From: an uncultured Gemmatimonadales bacterium
GTDB taxonomy: Bacteria > Gemmatimonadota > Gemmatimonadetes > Gemmatimonadales > GWC2-71-9
Assembly (NCBI GenBank): GCA_963697435.1
Contig: CAVOOB010000002.1
Location: 452,601-516,600, forward strand
Direction: 5' to 3'
Length of the DNA: 64,000 nt
A program made the translations under genes and the position numbers. Positions 8,705 through 17,289 of the stretch are shown piece by piece; within the stretch, counting starts at the first letter, position 1, and each line of letters starts with the position of its first letter. Below the pieces are notes generated by a model. It saw only the letters and a list, made by a program, of their open reading frames with translations, did no database searches and was not told where the DNA came from.

Positions 8705-9780
8705 CTGGGAGCACCCACCAAGACTCGAACACGCCCAACCGATCCCTCCAGCAACTTCCCGATCACCGCCGCGGCCAGCGTCTTCTCTTCTTGCAGGGCG
8801 GCCAACAGCCGGTCGAGCCGGTCCGGCGCCACAGCCAGTAACAGGCCGCCCGACGTCTGGGCATCGGCCAGCAGAATCCGATCGGAGGCGGGCACATCCG
8901 CATCATAGGTGGTGAGGGCCGCGGCCGCCTCGGCATTGCGTGTCGTGCCACCCGGGGTGATTCCTTCATCCGCCATCTGGCGCGCGTGCTCGAGTACCGG
9001 CAGATTCTCCACCCAGAGATCAGCGGCGAGCTGGCTCCCTGCCAGGATGTTGCCGAGGTGTCCGAGCAAACCAAACCCGGTGATGTCGGTCGCGGCGCGG
9101 ACCCCTGCCGTTCGGGCGGCGCGAGCCGCACCGGCGTTCAGCGCACGCATCGACGCGACCGCTGGCGCAAGGTCCATCTCGGTCAGCCGGTCGCGCTTGA
9201 GCGCGGTGGTCAGGAGCCCGGTACCGAGCGGTTTGGTGAGGACCAGGAAGTCCCCTGCCTGCCCTCCGCCGTTGGTCATCAGCTGGTCGGGGTGCACCTC
9301 GCCGGTGACCGCGAGCCCGAACTTCGGCTCCGCGTCGTCAATCGAGTGCCCGCCGAGGAGGAGGCAGCCTGCTTCCCCGGCGACTTCGGCGGCGCCGGCC
9401 ATGACCTCGCCAAGGAGTGAAAACGGCAACCCGGTCCGGGGCCAGGCCACCAGGTTGAGGGCGAAGAGCGGCGTCCCTCCCATCGCGTAGACGTCACTCA
9501 GCGCATTGGCAGCGGCGATGGCGCCCCAGCTCCGCGCATCGTCCACGATCGGCGTGAAGAAATCCGTCGTGGCAATCAGGGCCCGGTCGGCGGTGAGCCG
9601 AAAGACGGCGGCGTCGTCGCGCGATGCGGCGTCAACCAGCACCCGGGGGTCCGAGACCCCCGGCAGATGGCGCAAGACCTCGGTCAGCTCCGCGCTGCCG
9701 AGCTTGCAGGCGCAGCCGGCGCCGTGCGACAGCGTCGTGAGTCGAATTTGCGGCTGATATTCGGCCTGGCCAGCGGTCAT
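8674..9780 (-). CDS. selD: selenide, water dikinase (selenophosphate synthetase), Cys type
   Basis: ATG 9780. Motifs LSHGAGCACKLG, RDDAAV, GGHSIDD and TDITGFGLLGH. The last ~10 codons and the stop lie inside a repeat element. Confidence 0.9.
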   Translation of the reverse strand: MTAGQAEYQPQIRLTTLSHGAGCACKLGSAELTEVLRHLPGVSDPRVLVDAASRDDAAVFRLTADRALIATTDFFTPIVDDARSWGAIAAANALSDVYAMGGTPLFALNLVAWPRTGLPFSLLGEVMAGAAEVAGEAGCLLLGGHSIDDAEPKFGLAVTGEVHPDQLMTNGGGQAGDFLVLTKPLGTGLLTTALKRDRLTEMDLAPAVASMRALNAGAARAARTAGVRAATDITGFGLLGHLGNILAGSQLAADLWVENLPVLEHARQMADEGITPGGTTRNAEAAAALTTYDADVPASDRILLADAQTSGGLLLAVAPDRLDRLLAALQEEKTLAAAVIGKLLEGSVGRVRVLVGAPSRHPGQSRGP

Positions 9781-9810
9781 TCGCCAATCCCCTGCGGTGG
9801 AGTCAGCCAC

Positions 9811-10545
9811 GTGAATCCTGCGGTCGCGCTCACTACAGCATTCCTCCTTGGCCTGGCGCACGCCATCGAGGTGGATCATATGATCGCCGTCACGGCATTC
9901 GTCAGCTCAGGGCCCACGCTTCGAACCGCCGCGGGATTCGGCCTCCGGTGGGGGCTGGGCCACTCGATAGCGGTCTTCGTGGCAGGTGGTATCCTGGTCG
10001 CCACCGGGCTCCGCTGGCCCACCGGGTATGACCAGGTCGGTGAGGGGCTGGTCGGCGTCCTCCTCGTCGCGGTCGGGGTCTGGGCGATGCGTCGCGCCCG
10101 CAAGTTACATCTCCATCCGCCCGAGGAACACGGGGACCACGCCCACCTGCACGCCCACCGGGCCGCCGCGAGCGCACATACCCACGAGCACCATGAGCAT
10201 GCCGTGCACATCCATCCGCCCGTCGGGCACCATCACCACCACGCGCCGCGTCGGGAGCGGCATGGCATCACCCTGGTGGGCCTGATGCATGGCCTGGCGG
10301 GCACAAGCGCGGTGGTGGCGCTGGTGCCGGTCACCCTGATGGAGCGCAAGGTGGTCGGGCTCGGCTACCTGCTGGCATTCGGGCTGGGGACCGTGGTGGC
10401 GATGACGGCGTATGCGGTGGTGGCGGCCGTAGCCCTCCGCCGCGCGTCGGAAGGTTCGCTCAGGTGGGGGCGGATGCTGGGCAAGTTCGTGGGGGCGGGG
10501 AGCATCGCGGTGGGGTGTTGGTGGATCTGGAGGGCGGTGGGATAG
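9811..10545 (+). CDS. NiCoT/RcnA-like metal transporter with His-rich loop
   Basis: GTG 9811. H-x4-DH motif (HAIEVDH), LMHGLAGTS in the second half, and a central 51-aa loop with 20 His. The start codon is uncertain. Confidence 0.72.
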   Translation: MNPAVALTTAFLLGLAHAIEVDHMIAVTAFVSSGPTLRTAAGFGLRWGLGHSIAVFVAGGILVATGLRWPTGYDQVGEGLVGVLLVAVGVWAMRRARKLHLHPPEEHGDHAHLHAHRAAASAHTHEHHEHAVHIHPPVGHHHHHAPRRERHGITLVGLMHGLAGTSAVVALVPVTLMERKVVGLGYLLAFGLGTVVAMTAYAVVAAVALRRASEGSLRWGRMLGKFVGAGSIAVGCWWIWRAVG

Positions 10546-10578
10546 GCCGGGGCGCAAGCCGCGCCCGAACTCGGAGCG

Positions 10579-11475
10579 CTACCCACCGGCGCCGCTGAGC
10601 ATCGCCCGCAACCCGATCAATGCCCGCTCCTCCTGCGCGGTGGCCCCGAACGCACCGTCCTTCCGCTGCAAGCCGAGCAGCGCCGGCACCGCGCGGGCAA
10701 TCGCCTTCTTCGCCGGCGGCGTGTTGGCCACCAGCAACGACTCCAGTGCATGGAAGAGATCGGCGTTGAGCCACGTGCCATCGTCCTGCTGATTCTCCGC
10801 GATGAAGCGGGCGGTCTTGAGCGTCGCACCGCGGTAGACCGGCGGGGAAACCGCCAGCGGATACAGCGCCGCGATGATGAGGTCGGGCGCGTAGTACCCG
10901 CTCCAGTCGTTCCAGACATCGGCTAGCACGGCCAGGCTGGTCAGGTGCTTCTTGATGCTCGCCTTGCCGGCCAGCCCCGCCATCAGCACCGCGCGGAGTG
11001 CCAGGCAACTCACCGCGAAACGCGCCTGCGCCTCGGCGCGAAAGGTCTTGCCGCAGGGCATGGTGATGGGGGCCAGTCGCTCGGTTTCTGCTGCCGGTGC
11101 GAAGAACCCCGCCAGGTAGTGGTCGCACGCCTTCTGTTCGTGGCGAGCCGGATGGCATCCCTCACCGAACGCGCCGGGGTGTCCCGCCAGTCCGAGTGTC
11201 CAGGTGATGAAGCGGGCGGTGCCCGGTTCCTGCCCGGAGTGTCCCAGGTCCATCAGCTCGATGGCGCGCCAGATGGTGGGGAGCGCGGCACCGCCCACAC
11301 TCCCATCCGCACGGAGCCCCTTCTGCAGGCCGGCGATGACGGTCGCACGGGCGGCCTCGTCCCCGGGCGACGGACGACCGAGCGCCTCGCGCGCCAGGAT
11401 CGCCGCGCGGGAGCTGCGCGGTGCAAAGAACTCCTCCAGCCGCTCAATGGCGGCCGCCGGCCTGGGGTGTTTCAT
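10579..11475 (-). CDS. alpha/alpha-toroid repeat protein (prenyltransferase/terpene-cyclase-like)
   Basis: 298 aa with QW-like repeats LRADGSVGG, ENQQDDGTW and LQRKDGAFG. ATGA overlap with the upstream gene. Confidence 0.55.
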   Translation of the reverse strand: MKHPRPAAAIERLEEFFAPRSSRAAILAREALGRPSPGDEAARATVIAGLQKGLRADGSVGGAALPTIWRAIELMDLGHSGQEPGTARFITWTLGLAGHPGAFGEGCHPARHEQKACDHYLAGFFAPAAETERLAPITMPCGKTFRAEAQARFAVSCLALRAVLMAGLAGKASIKKHLTSLAVLADVWNDWSGYYAPDLIIAALYPLAVSPPVYRGATLKTARFIAENQQDDGTWLNADLFHALESLLVANTPPAKKAIARAVPALLGLQRKDGAFGATAQEERALIGLRAMLSGAGG

Positions 11476-11837
11476 GCGAGGGTCAGCGAGAGGACGCCGC
11501 CCGCGGCGGCCCCGCGGAGGCCGCCGAGGACGACGTGGATCAGCGGGGGGAACGGCGATTCATCCATGTTGGCGACCCGCATCCACCCCGCCCACTCGAC
11601 CAGCAGTCCGATCAGCCCGAACAGCAGCCACCACCCGCCGTGCCCCAGGCTCGCGAACCAGAGCCCCGCAATGAGCGTGAAGAGGAGCGCCTCGATGAAG
11701 TACGCCCCCGGCGCGCGGCGCAACACGCGGCGGCCCGGCTCCCGGGTACCGCCTGCCACCCTGCCCTCGATCGCCTCCCAGAGGAGGAAGAGGAGCCAGG
11801 TGGCCATCCAGCCGAGCGCGAGACGCACCAGTTGCAT
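11472..11837 (-). CDS. integral membrane protein, unknown function
   Basis: ATG 11837. 121 aa with W-rich hydrophobic helices. Sits between the amidohydrolase and the toroid-repeat gene. Confidence 0.55.
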   Translation of the reverse strand: MQLVRLALGWMATWLLFLLWEAIEGRVAGGTREPGRRVLRRAPGAYFIEALLFTLIAGLWFASLGHGGWWLLFGLIGLLVEWAGWMRVANMDESPFPPLIHVVLGGLRGAAAGGVLSLTLA

Positions 11838-11842
11838 TGCCG

Positions 11843-13219
11843 CTACCAGCGGTTGCGGATCGAATCCGCCAGGATGAGTTGCCCGCGCACCATCACGCGG
11901 GTCACCGAACGAGTGTTCCGGATATCGGCGAGCGGGTCCCGGCTCAGGATGACAAGGTCGGCGGCCTTCCCCGGCACCAGCGTTCCGAGCGAGTCGGCGC
12001 CGAGCAGCGCCGCCGCATCCCGCGTGGCGGCCCGCAGCGCCTCGGCGGGCGTCAGGCCGGCGCCGACCAGCAACTCGAGCTCGAGGTGCTCGCTGGCGCC
12101 CGGCACGAGCATCTGGTTCGACGCGTCGGTGCCAGTCACGACCCGGCCCCCCGCCTCCTTGAATGCCCGAACGAACAGGTCCTGCATCGGACGGCCACGT
12201 CGAAATGCCGCGAAGTCCGCCGACGTCCACCCCGCCCGGTTCACCATTTCGGGGACATTCCAGGCGGCGCGCTGATCGGCCGGTACCGAGAGCAGGTCAG
12301 GGTTCGTGGCGGAGGCACTATCGTCCAACTGGCTGAACACTTCATGCAGTGCCAGCGTTGGGACCATCGTCACCTTGGTCTCGGCCAGCTGTCCCGCCAG
12401 GCGGATCAGGGTGACAGAATCGAGCGTGGCCCAACTCCGCTCGAAGGCGGTCCATCCCGCCCAGAACCCGTTCTGGTGAGCGGCGAAGAGTGGATCCGCG
12501 CGCCCCGCCGCCTCCGGCACGCCGCTGAGATGCTCGATCGAGGTGAGGCCGATCTTGCCGGCGGTCAGCGCGTCGGTCAGGCCGAGATGGGCGGCCACCG
12601 GGATGCGGAAGGTGCGCGCCTCGTCGACGATGGCCTCCATCAATTCGGGCGTGATGCGGGTGTAGGCCTTGATGAGGTGGGCGCCCGAGATGGAAAGCCG
12701 GTCGACCGCCTGCCGGGCGCCGCGGGTGTCGGTGACCGCGGTCGCGTTCGGGTAGGTGGCGGGCGTGCCGTCGATCATCGCTCCCGCCACGTAGATCCGG
12801 GGACTCAGGCCACCCCCGAGGTCGGCGGCTTCCGAGAGGGCAAAGCTGCTGTCGGAATCGTTGTGGACATCGCGGACGGTGGTGACGCCATAGGCCACGT
12901 AGCGGTCGAGGGCCCAGCGGGCGACATGGGCGTGCGCATCGATGAGTCCGGGAATGATCCAGCTGCCGGACACATCCACCTGCTTCGTGCCGCGGGGGAG
13001 AAGCACGTTCTCCCGCGCCCCGACCGCCTCGATGGTAGCGCCGCGCACCAGCACCACACCGTCGCGCAGGGGCGTACCGCCTCGGCCGTCGAGAATGGTG
13101 GCGCCCATGAGGGCGGTGCGCGGGGGCCCCTGCTCGGCGCAGGCACCGAGGAGGAGCGCACCGAGCACAATGCTCGCGACGGTCGTGGTCGCTCTGGTCA
13201 TGGTGAATCTTCCAGGCAT
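11843..13219 (-). CDS. exported metal-dependent amidohydrolase
   Basis: 458 aa. Signal/lipobox-like GALLLGACAEQ, with PGLIDAHAHV, AHLIKAY, VAAHL and GTDAS motifs. The start may instead be ATG 13201. Confidence 0.85.
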   Translation of the reverse strand: MPGRFTMTRATTTVASIVLGALLLGACAEQGPPRTALMGATILDGRGGTPLRDGVVLVRGATIEAVGARENVLLPRGTKQVDVSGSWIIPGLIDAHAHVARWALDRYVAYGVTTVRDVHNDSDSSFALSEAADLGGGLSPRIYVAGAMIDGTPATYPNATAVTDTRGARQAVDRLSISGAHLIKAYTRITPELMEAIVDEARTFRIPVAAHLGLTDALTAGKIGLTSIEHLSGVPEAAGRADPLFAAHQNGFWAGWTAFERSWATLDSVTLIRLAGQLAETKVTMVPTLALHEVFSQLDDSASATNPDLLSVPADQRAAWNVPEMVNRAGWTSADFAAFRRGRPMQDLFVRAFKEAGGRVVTGTDASNQMLVPGASEHLELELLVGAGLTPAEALRAATRDAAALLGADSLGTLVPGKAADLVILSRDPLADIRNTRSVTRVMVRGQLILADSIRNRW

Positions 13220-13294
13220 TGGTCTGCCGACGGAGATGGAGGTGAGCGGGGTTGGCGGAAAAGCGCCCCGGGGTGGCCGGGGCGCTCGAGGAAT

Positions 13295-13627
13295 CTACTT
13301 CCCTCTCTTCTTTACCGGTGTCTTCTTCCTGACCGGCGCCCTTTTCGCGGTCTTCTTCACCGCGTTCTTCTTGGCCGGGACCTTCTTTTTGCCCACCGTC
13401 TTCTTCACGGTCTTCTTCACCGCCTTCTTCTTCGGCGGCGTCTTCTTTTTTGCCGGTGCCTTCTTCTTCGCTGTCTTCTTCACTACCGGCTTTTTCGGCT
13501 TCGCCTTCTTGGCGGCCGGGGGCTTGGGCGGCGGAGGCGGAGGTGGTGGAGGCGGCACCTTCTGGGGTGACATCGGCATGGGATCCATCCAACCCGCCCC
13601 GGACCAGCCCATCTCCAAATTACTCAT
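13295..13627 (-). CDS. lysine-rich histone H1-like protein with polyproline tract
   Basis: ATG 13627 is preceded by GGAGGAAG. 110 aa: a W/M-rich head, about ten consecutive Pro, then AKK/KKT/PAKK repeats to the C-terminus. Confidence 0.65.
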   Translation of the reverse strand: MSNLEMGWSGAGWMDPMPMSPQKVPPPPPPPPPPKPPAAKKAKPKKPVVKKTAKKKAPAKKKTPPKKKAVKKTVKKTVGKKKVPAKKNAVKKTAKRAPVRKKTPVKKRGK

Positions 13628-13715
13628 CGGGTCTTCCTCCCCCTGCTGGTGCGACGCCCCCCGTCGCCGGACCGCCCAACTCACGCGGGCGTAATTTCAT
13701 CCTTAATTACTCGCA

Positions 13716-13766
13716 CTTCCGGTGAGGTTGTGCAAGCACCCCGTGCGAGGAGCGGGGTGCCGGAGG
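13716..13766. other. two-tier stem-loop in a long divergent intergenic region
   Basis: Outer stem CTTCCG/CGGAGG (6 bp). Inner perfect stem GCACCCCG/CGGGGTGC (13736-13743 / 13753-13760) with a 9-nt loop. Confidence 0.4.
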
Positions 13767-13916
13767 TCGAATTCCCTGGCCTTGCGGATGGAGTGCCGGC
13801 ATGGAAGTGATCTTAACGCTATATATTACAATATCTTAGGCCATTACGACAATACCGTGGGCTCGCCCTGACTCAGAATTGGACAGCTTCGCCATCGCGA
13901 TCTTCTCCCTTTTTGC

Positions 13917-13944
13917 TCAGTCCCCAGTCCTCAGTCCTCGGTCC
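13917..13944 (-). repeat. heptamer array (TCAGTCC on + strand), 4 units
   Basis: TCAGTCC CCAGTCC TCAGTCC TCGGTCC, located 37 nt upstream of GTG 13981. Confidence 0.8.
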
Positions 13945-13980
13945 TTTCTCCCATACGGCCCATCCTTTAGTTTCCCACCC

Positions 13981-16170
13981 GTGATCCGCCCCCGATTCCT
14001 CTCCCTGGTGCTCGTCGCGCTGCCCTCGCTTCTCTGGGGGCAAGCGGCGGTCGAGGTACAGGTCACCCCGGCGCAACTCGATCTCAAGGTGGCGCAGAAG
14101 GAGCGGCTCTTCCTCAGCGCCTATGACGCCGTTGGCAATCTCCTCACCGCCCCGGTGTTCAGCTTCGCGGTGTCCAAGGCCGGGGTTGTCAGCGTGGACA
14201 GGGAGGGCACGGTCGTCGGGGTGGCCCCCGGCACGGTCATCGTCGAAGTCCGCTCCGGCACGGGCACGGCCACGGTCGCCGTCGCCGTTTCCGGCCCGCC
14301 CCCGCCGGCCCCCGAACCCGAGCCGGTCCCGGTGCTCCCGGCGGGGGCGCGGCTCGTGCCGACACCCGATTCCCTGTGGCTCCTTCGCTTCGAGGCGTCG
14401 CGGGTCGCGATGGCGTTGGCCGTGCCTGGAGGTTCGGGGCTCGGCCAGGTCCAGGTCGCGTGGCGCTCCTCTGCTCCCGACATCGTCTCGGTGAACGAAT
14501 CCGGCGAGGTCATCGCGCACCGGTTCGGCGAGGCGCAAGTGGTGGGCACCGGGTTCGGTGGCCTGACCGGCACCGTGCATGTGATCGTGCGGGACGACTC
14601 CCTCGCGGTCACCCCGGATCGACTCGCCCTTCCCGTGACCGGTGTCGATTCGGTCCAGGTCTCGATTCCGGCGCAGGGGGGGCGTCCGCTCAGCTACGGA
14701 CTCGCCTGGCGGAGCAGCGATTCCTCCGTTGTCCGCGTCAGCCAGAACGGGGTGGCGCGCGGTGCCGCTCCCGGCGAGGCCCACATGATCCTTGTCGGCT
14801 ATGGGCAGCAGCGCGCGGTGCGTGTGACCGTCCACCTGCCGATCGATCGCCTCCGGCTGGCTCCGGCACCGAGCGCGCCGATCAGGCTCACGCCCGGCGC
14901 CAGCGCGGCGTTCGTCCTGCAGGCGGTGGCTGCCGACTCCACACCGGTGACCGATGCCACGTACGCCTGGACGGTGGGCGACTCCACTGTGGCCACTTTC
15001 GATCCCGCTTCGCGCCAGCTGACAGCCCGCGGCCTCGGGCGCACCACGCTCAGCATGACGACCTTCGGGTTCGAGCCCACGGTCTGGGAGATCGAGGTGA
15101 TCACGGGAGGGTTGGCCTTCGAGCGGGCGCGGTTCCGGCTCCTCCCCGGGATGACCGACTCCATGGTCGTCTCGATGCTCGACGCCGATGGCCGGGCGAT
15201 CGGACCGCCAAGCGCGGTGGAGTACACGATTGACCGACGGGAGGTGGCCACCATCGACAGCGCCGGGTACGTGACGGCAACTGGCGTAGGTGGTGCGACG
15301 ATCACCGCCCGCACTCCATGGGGAACCACCGCCACCTCGCGCCTCTACGTGACCGACGACCTCCTGCTCAGCGTCCGCCGGGGCGCGGGCGCCGATCTCG
15401 TCCAGGTCGATCCCGCCGATGTGGGCTCCCTCGTGCCGCTCCTTGCCAACGGACACTTGAATCAGCAGGCGGTCTGGTCACCGGACGGGACTCGCCTTGC
15501 CTTCAGCGGCACCGTTGAGGGCAACGCCGACATCTACGTGATGGATGCGGACCGGAAGAACCTCACCAGGCTGACGAACGCGCCGGAGGAGGATGCCGAG
15601 CCGGCATGGTCTCCCGACGGCGGGACGATCGTCTTCTCGTCGCACCGCAGCGGTTCGCCACAGATCTGGGCGATGAATGTCGACGGGACCGCGCTCCGGC
15701 AGCTCACCGAGAGTGCCGGGGCCAACACCTCACCCGCCTTCCGGCCGGACGGCCGGATGATCGCCTTCATCTCGACCCGCGACGGGAACGCGGACCTGTT
15801 CGAAATGGGCAACGAAGGCGCCGAGCCGCGGGCCATTACACGGACACCCGAGGCGGAGTCGGACCCGGCGTACTTCTCCAACGGGGACATCGCGATCGTG
15901 GTGACGCGCCCGGGCCGCGGTGATATTCTCCGCATCCGTGCCGGCGACGGCCAGCGAGTCATGCTGCAGTCCGTGGCGGGGACGATCACGTCGCTCGCGC
16001 TCTCTCCCGACGGCGGCACGCTCGCCTTTGCGCTCGCGCAGCCGGGGGCCACCCCTCAGGCGGCTCCCGTCCTTTCGTTCCAGTTGAAGGGGCTCACGCC
16101 AGACCTCGCCCCGCTTGTCCTGACGATTCCGGGAGACGTCCTCTCCGCCTCCTTCCAGAGGAACCGGTGA
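13981..16170 (+). CDS. secreted Big_2 (Ig-like) repeat protein fused to a TolB-like beta-propeller
   Basis: GTG 13981 gives the signal VIRPRFLSLVLVALPSLLWGQAA. Repeated ..VVSVD..G.V.GVAPGT.. Ig modules, then WSPDG..LAFS / PAWSPDGGTIVFSS / PAFRPDGRMIAFIS propeller repeats. Confidence 0.8.
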   Translation: MIRPRFLSLVLVALPSLLWGQAAVEVQVTPAQLDLKVAQKERLFLSAYDAVGNLLTAPVFSFAVSKAGVVSVDREGTVVGVAPGTVIVEVRSGTGTATVAVAVSGPPPPAPEPEPVPVLPAGARLVPTPDSLWLLRFEASRVAMALAVPGGSGLGQVQVAWRSSAPDIVSVNESGEVIAHRFGEAQVVGTGFGGLTGTVHVIVRDDSLAVTPDRLALPVTGVDSVQVSIPAQGGRPLSYGLAWRSSDSSVVRVSQNGVARGAAPGEAHMILVGYGQQRAVRVTVHLPIDRLRLAPAPSAPIRLTPGASAAFVLQAVAADSTPVTDATYAWTVGDSTVATFDPASRQLTARGLGRTTLSMTTFGFEPTVWEIEVITGGLAFERARFRLLPGMTDSMVVSMLDADGRAIGPPSAVEYTIDRREVATIDSAGYVTATGVGGATITARTPWGTTATSRLYVTDDLLLSVRRGAGADLVQVDPADVGSLVPLLANGHLNQQAVWSPDGTRLAFSGTVEGNADIYVMDADRKNLTRLTNAPEEDAEPAWSPDGGTIVFSSHRSGSPQIWAMNVDGTALRQLTESAGANTSPAFRPDGRMIAFISTRDGNADLFEMGNEGAEPRAITRTPEAESDPAYFSNGDIAIVVTRPGRGDILRIRAGDGQRVMLQSVAGTITSLALSPDGGTLAFALAQPGATPQAAPVLSFQLKGLTPDLAPLVLTIPGDVLSASFQRNR

Positions 16171-17198
16171 GGGCTCTCGTTCTCCCCAGGCTGGGTGGGT
16201 GGGAGGACCTGGTCGTTGCCGACGTACCGGCGCCCGCCATCACCAGCCCCCACGACGTGCGGGTCCGCGTCCACACCGCCGGTATCAATCACCTGGACCT
16301 CTTCATCCTCGGCGGCCTCCCCGGTATCACCTATGCCTTCCCGCACATCGTTGGGAGTGACGCCGCCGGAGTGATTGAATCGGTGGGCTCGGCTGTGTCG
16401 GAATGGAGGGTCGGCGACCGGGTGATGATGAATCCGGGCATCGGCTGCAATGCGTGCGAACTCTGCGCCGCCGATCAACAGCCGCTCTGTCGCAACTACC
16501 GCCTCCTCGGCGAGCACGTTCCGGGGACCATTGGCGAGTTCGTGGTCGTCCCCGCGGGCAACCTCGCCCGGATTCCCGAGGCGATGCCCTGGGCGCAGGC
16601 GGCCGGCTTTTCGCTCGTGGCGCTCACCTCCTGGCGCATGCTGATGACCCGCGCAAGAATCCGTGCCGGCGAGACCGTCCTGATCTGGGGCATCGGCGGC
16701 GGTGTGGCGCAGTGCTGCCTGCAGATTGCCAGGATGGTCGGTGCCACCGCCATCGTGACCAGTTCCTCCGACGAGAAGCTCCAGCGCGCCCGCACCATGG
16801 GTGCCGATCACATCCTCAATCACACGCGCGATGACGTGCCGAAGGCGGTCCGGGCCATCACCGAGGGCCGAAACGCCGATGTGGTGGTCGACAACGTCGG
16901 CGAGGCCACCTGGCAGAACTCGCTGCGCGCGCTCGGCCGCGGCGGCCGGCTCGTCACCTGCGGTGGTACCACCGGCCCGATGGTGACGACCGACGTGCGG
17001 AAGCTGTTCTGGTATCAGTGGGACATCATGGGCAGCACGATGGGCGGGGATCGGGAGTATCAGGAGGTGGCACGCCAGGCCGCCGAGGGGCGGCTGTGGC
17101 CGGTGGTGGACTCGGTGTATCCCCTGTCAGAAGGGGCCAGCGCGTTCCGCCGCATGGCCGAAGGCGCACAGTTCGGCAAACTGGTCATAGAACTCTGA
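16167..17198 (+). CDS. zinc-type alcohol dehydrogenase / quinone oxidoreductase (MDR family)
   Basis: 343 aa with GINHLD, GSDAAGVIESVG and the nucleotide site LIWGIGGGVA. GTGA overlap with the upstream stop. Confidence 0.9.
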   Translation: MRALVLPRLGGWEDLVVADVPAPAITSPHDVRVRVHTAGINHLDLFILGGLPGITYAFPHIVGSDAAGVIESVGSAVSEWRVGDRVMMNPGIGCNACELCAADQQPLCRNYRLLGEHVPGTIGEFVVVPAGNLARIPEAMPWAQAAGFSLVALTSWRMLMTRARIRAGETVLIWGIGGGVAQCCLQIARMVGATAIVTSSSDEKLQRARTMGADHILNHTRDDVPKAVRAITEGRNADVVVDNVGEATWQNSLRALGRGGRLVTCGGTTGPMVTTDVRKLFWYQWDIMGSTMGGDREYQEVARQAAEGRLWPVVDSVYPLSEGASAFRRMAEGAQFGKLVIEL

Positions 17199-17227
17199 CG
17201 GGGTGAGCCGCCCGCCAACTGCCACCG

Positions 17228-17256
17228 GCCCCGACCGGGGAAAGCCCGGGCGGGGC
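17228..17256. terminator. GC hairpin between convergent genes (candidate bidirectional terminator)
   Basis: GCCCCGACCGGG gaaa GCCCGGGCGGGGC, a 12-bp stem with one mismatch, between the stops at 17198 and 17290. Confidence 0.4.
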
Positions 17257-17289
17257 TGGGGAGTTGATCAGGAATGTGCCTGGGTCAGA

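Noticed and set aside
8674-9780. Selenocysteine (in-frame TGA) recoding in selD or its neighbours.
   Set aside because: The active site reads GAGCACK with Cys codons. No in-frame TGA interrupts any conserved gene here, and no SECIS-like context was needed to explain any ORF.
13760-13785. tRNA-like GGTCGAATTCC segment (resembles a T-arm GGTTCGAATCC).
   Set aside because: The flanking stem would enclose a 12-nt loop rather than the 7-nt T-loop, and no acceptor, D or anticodon arms can be drawn.
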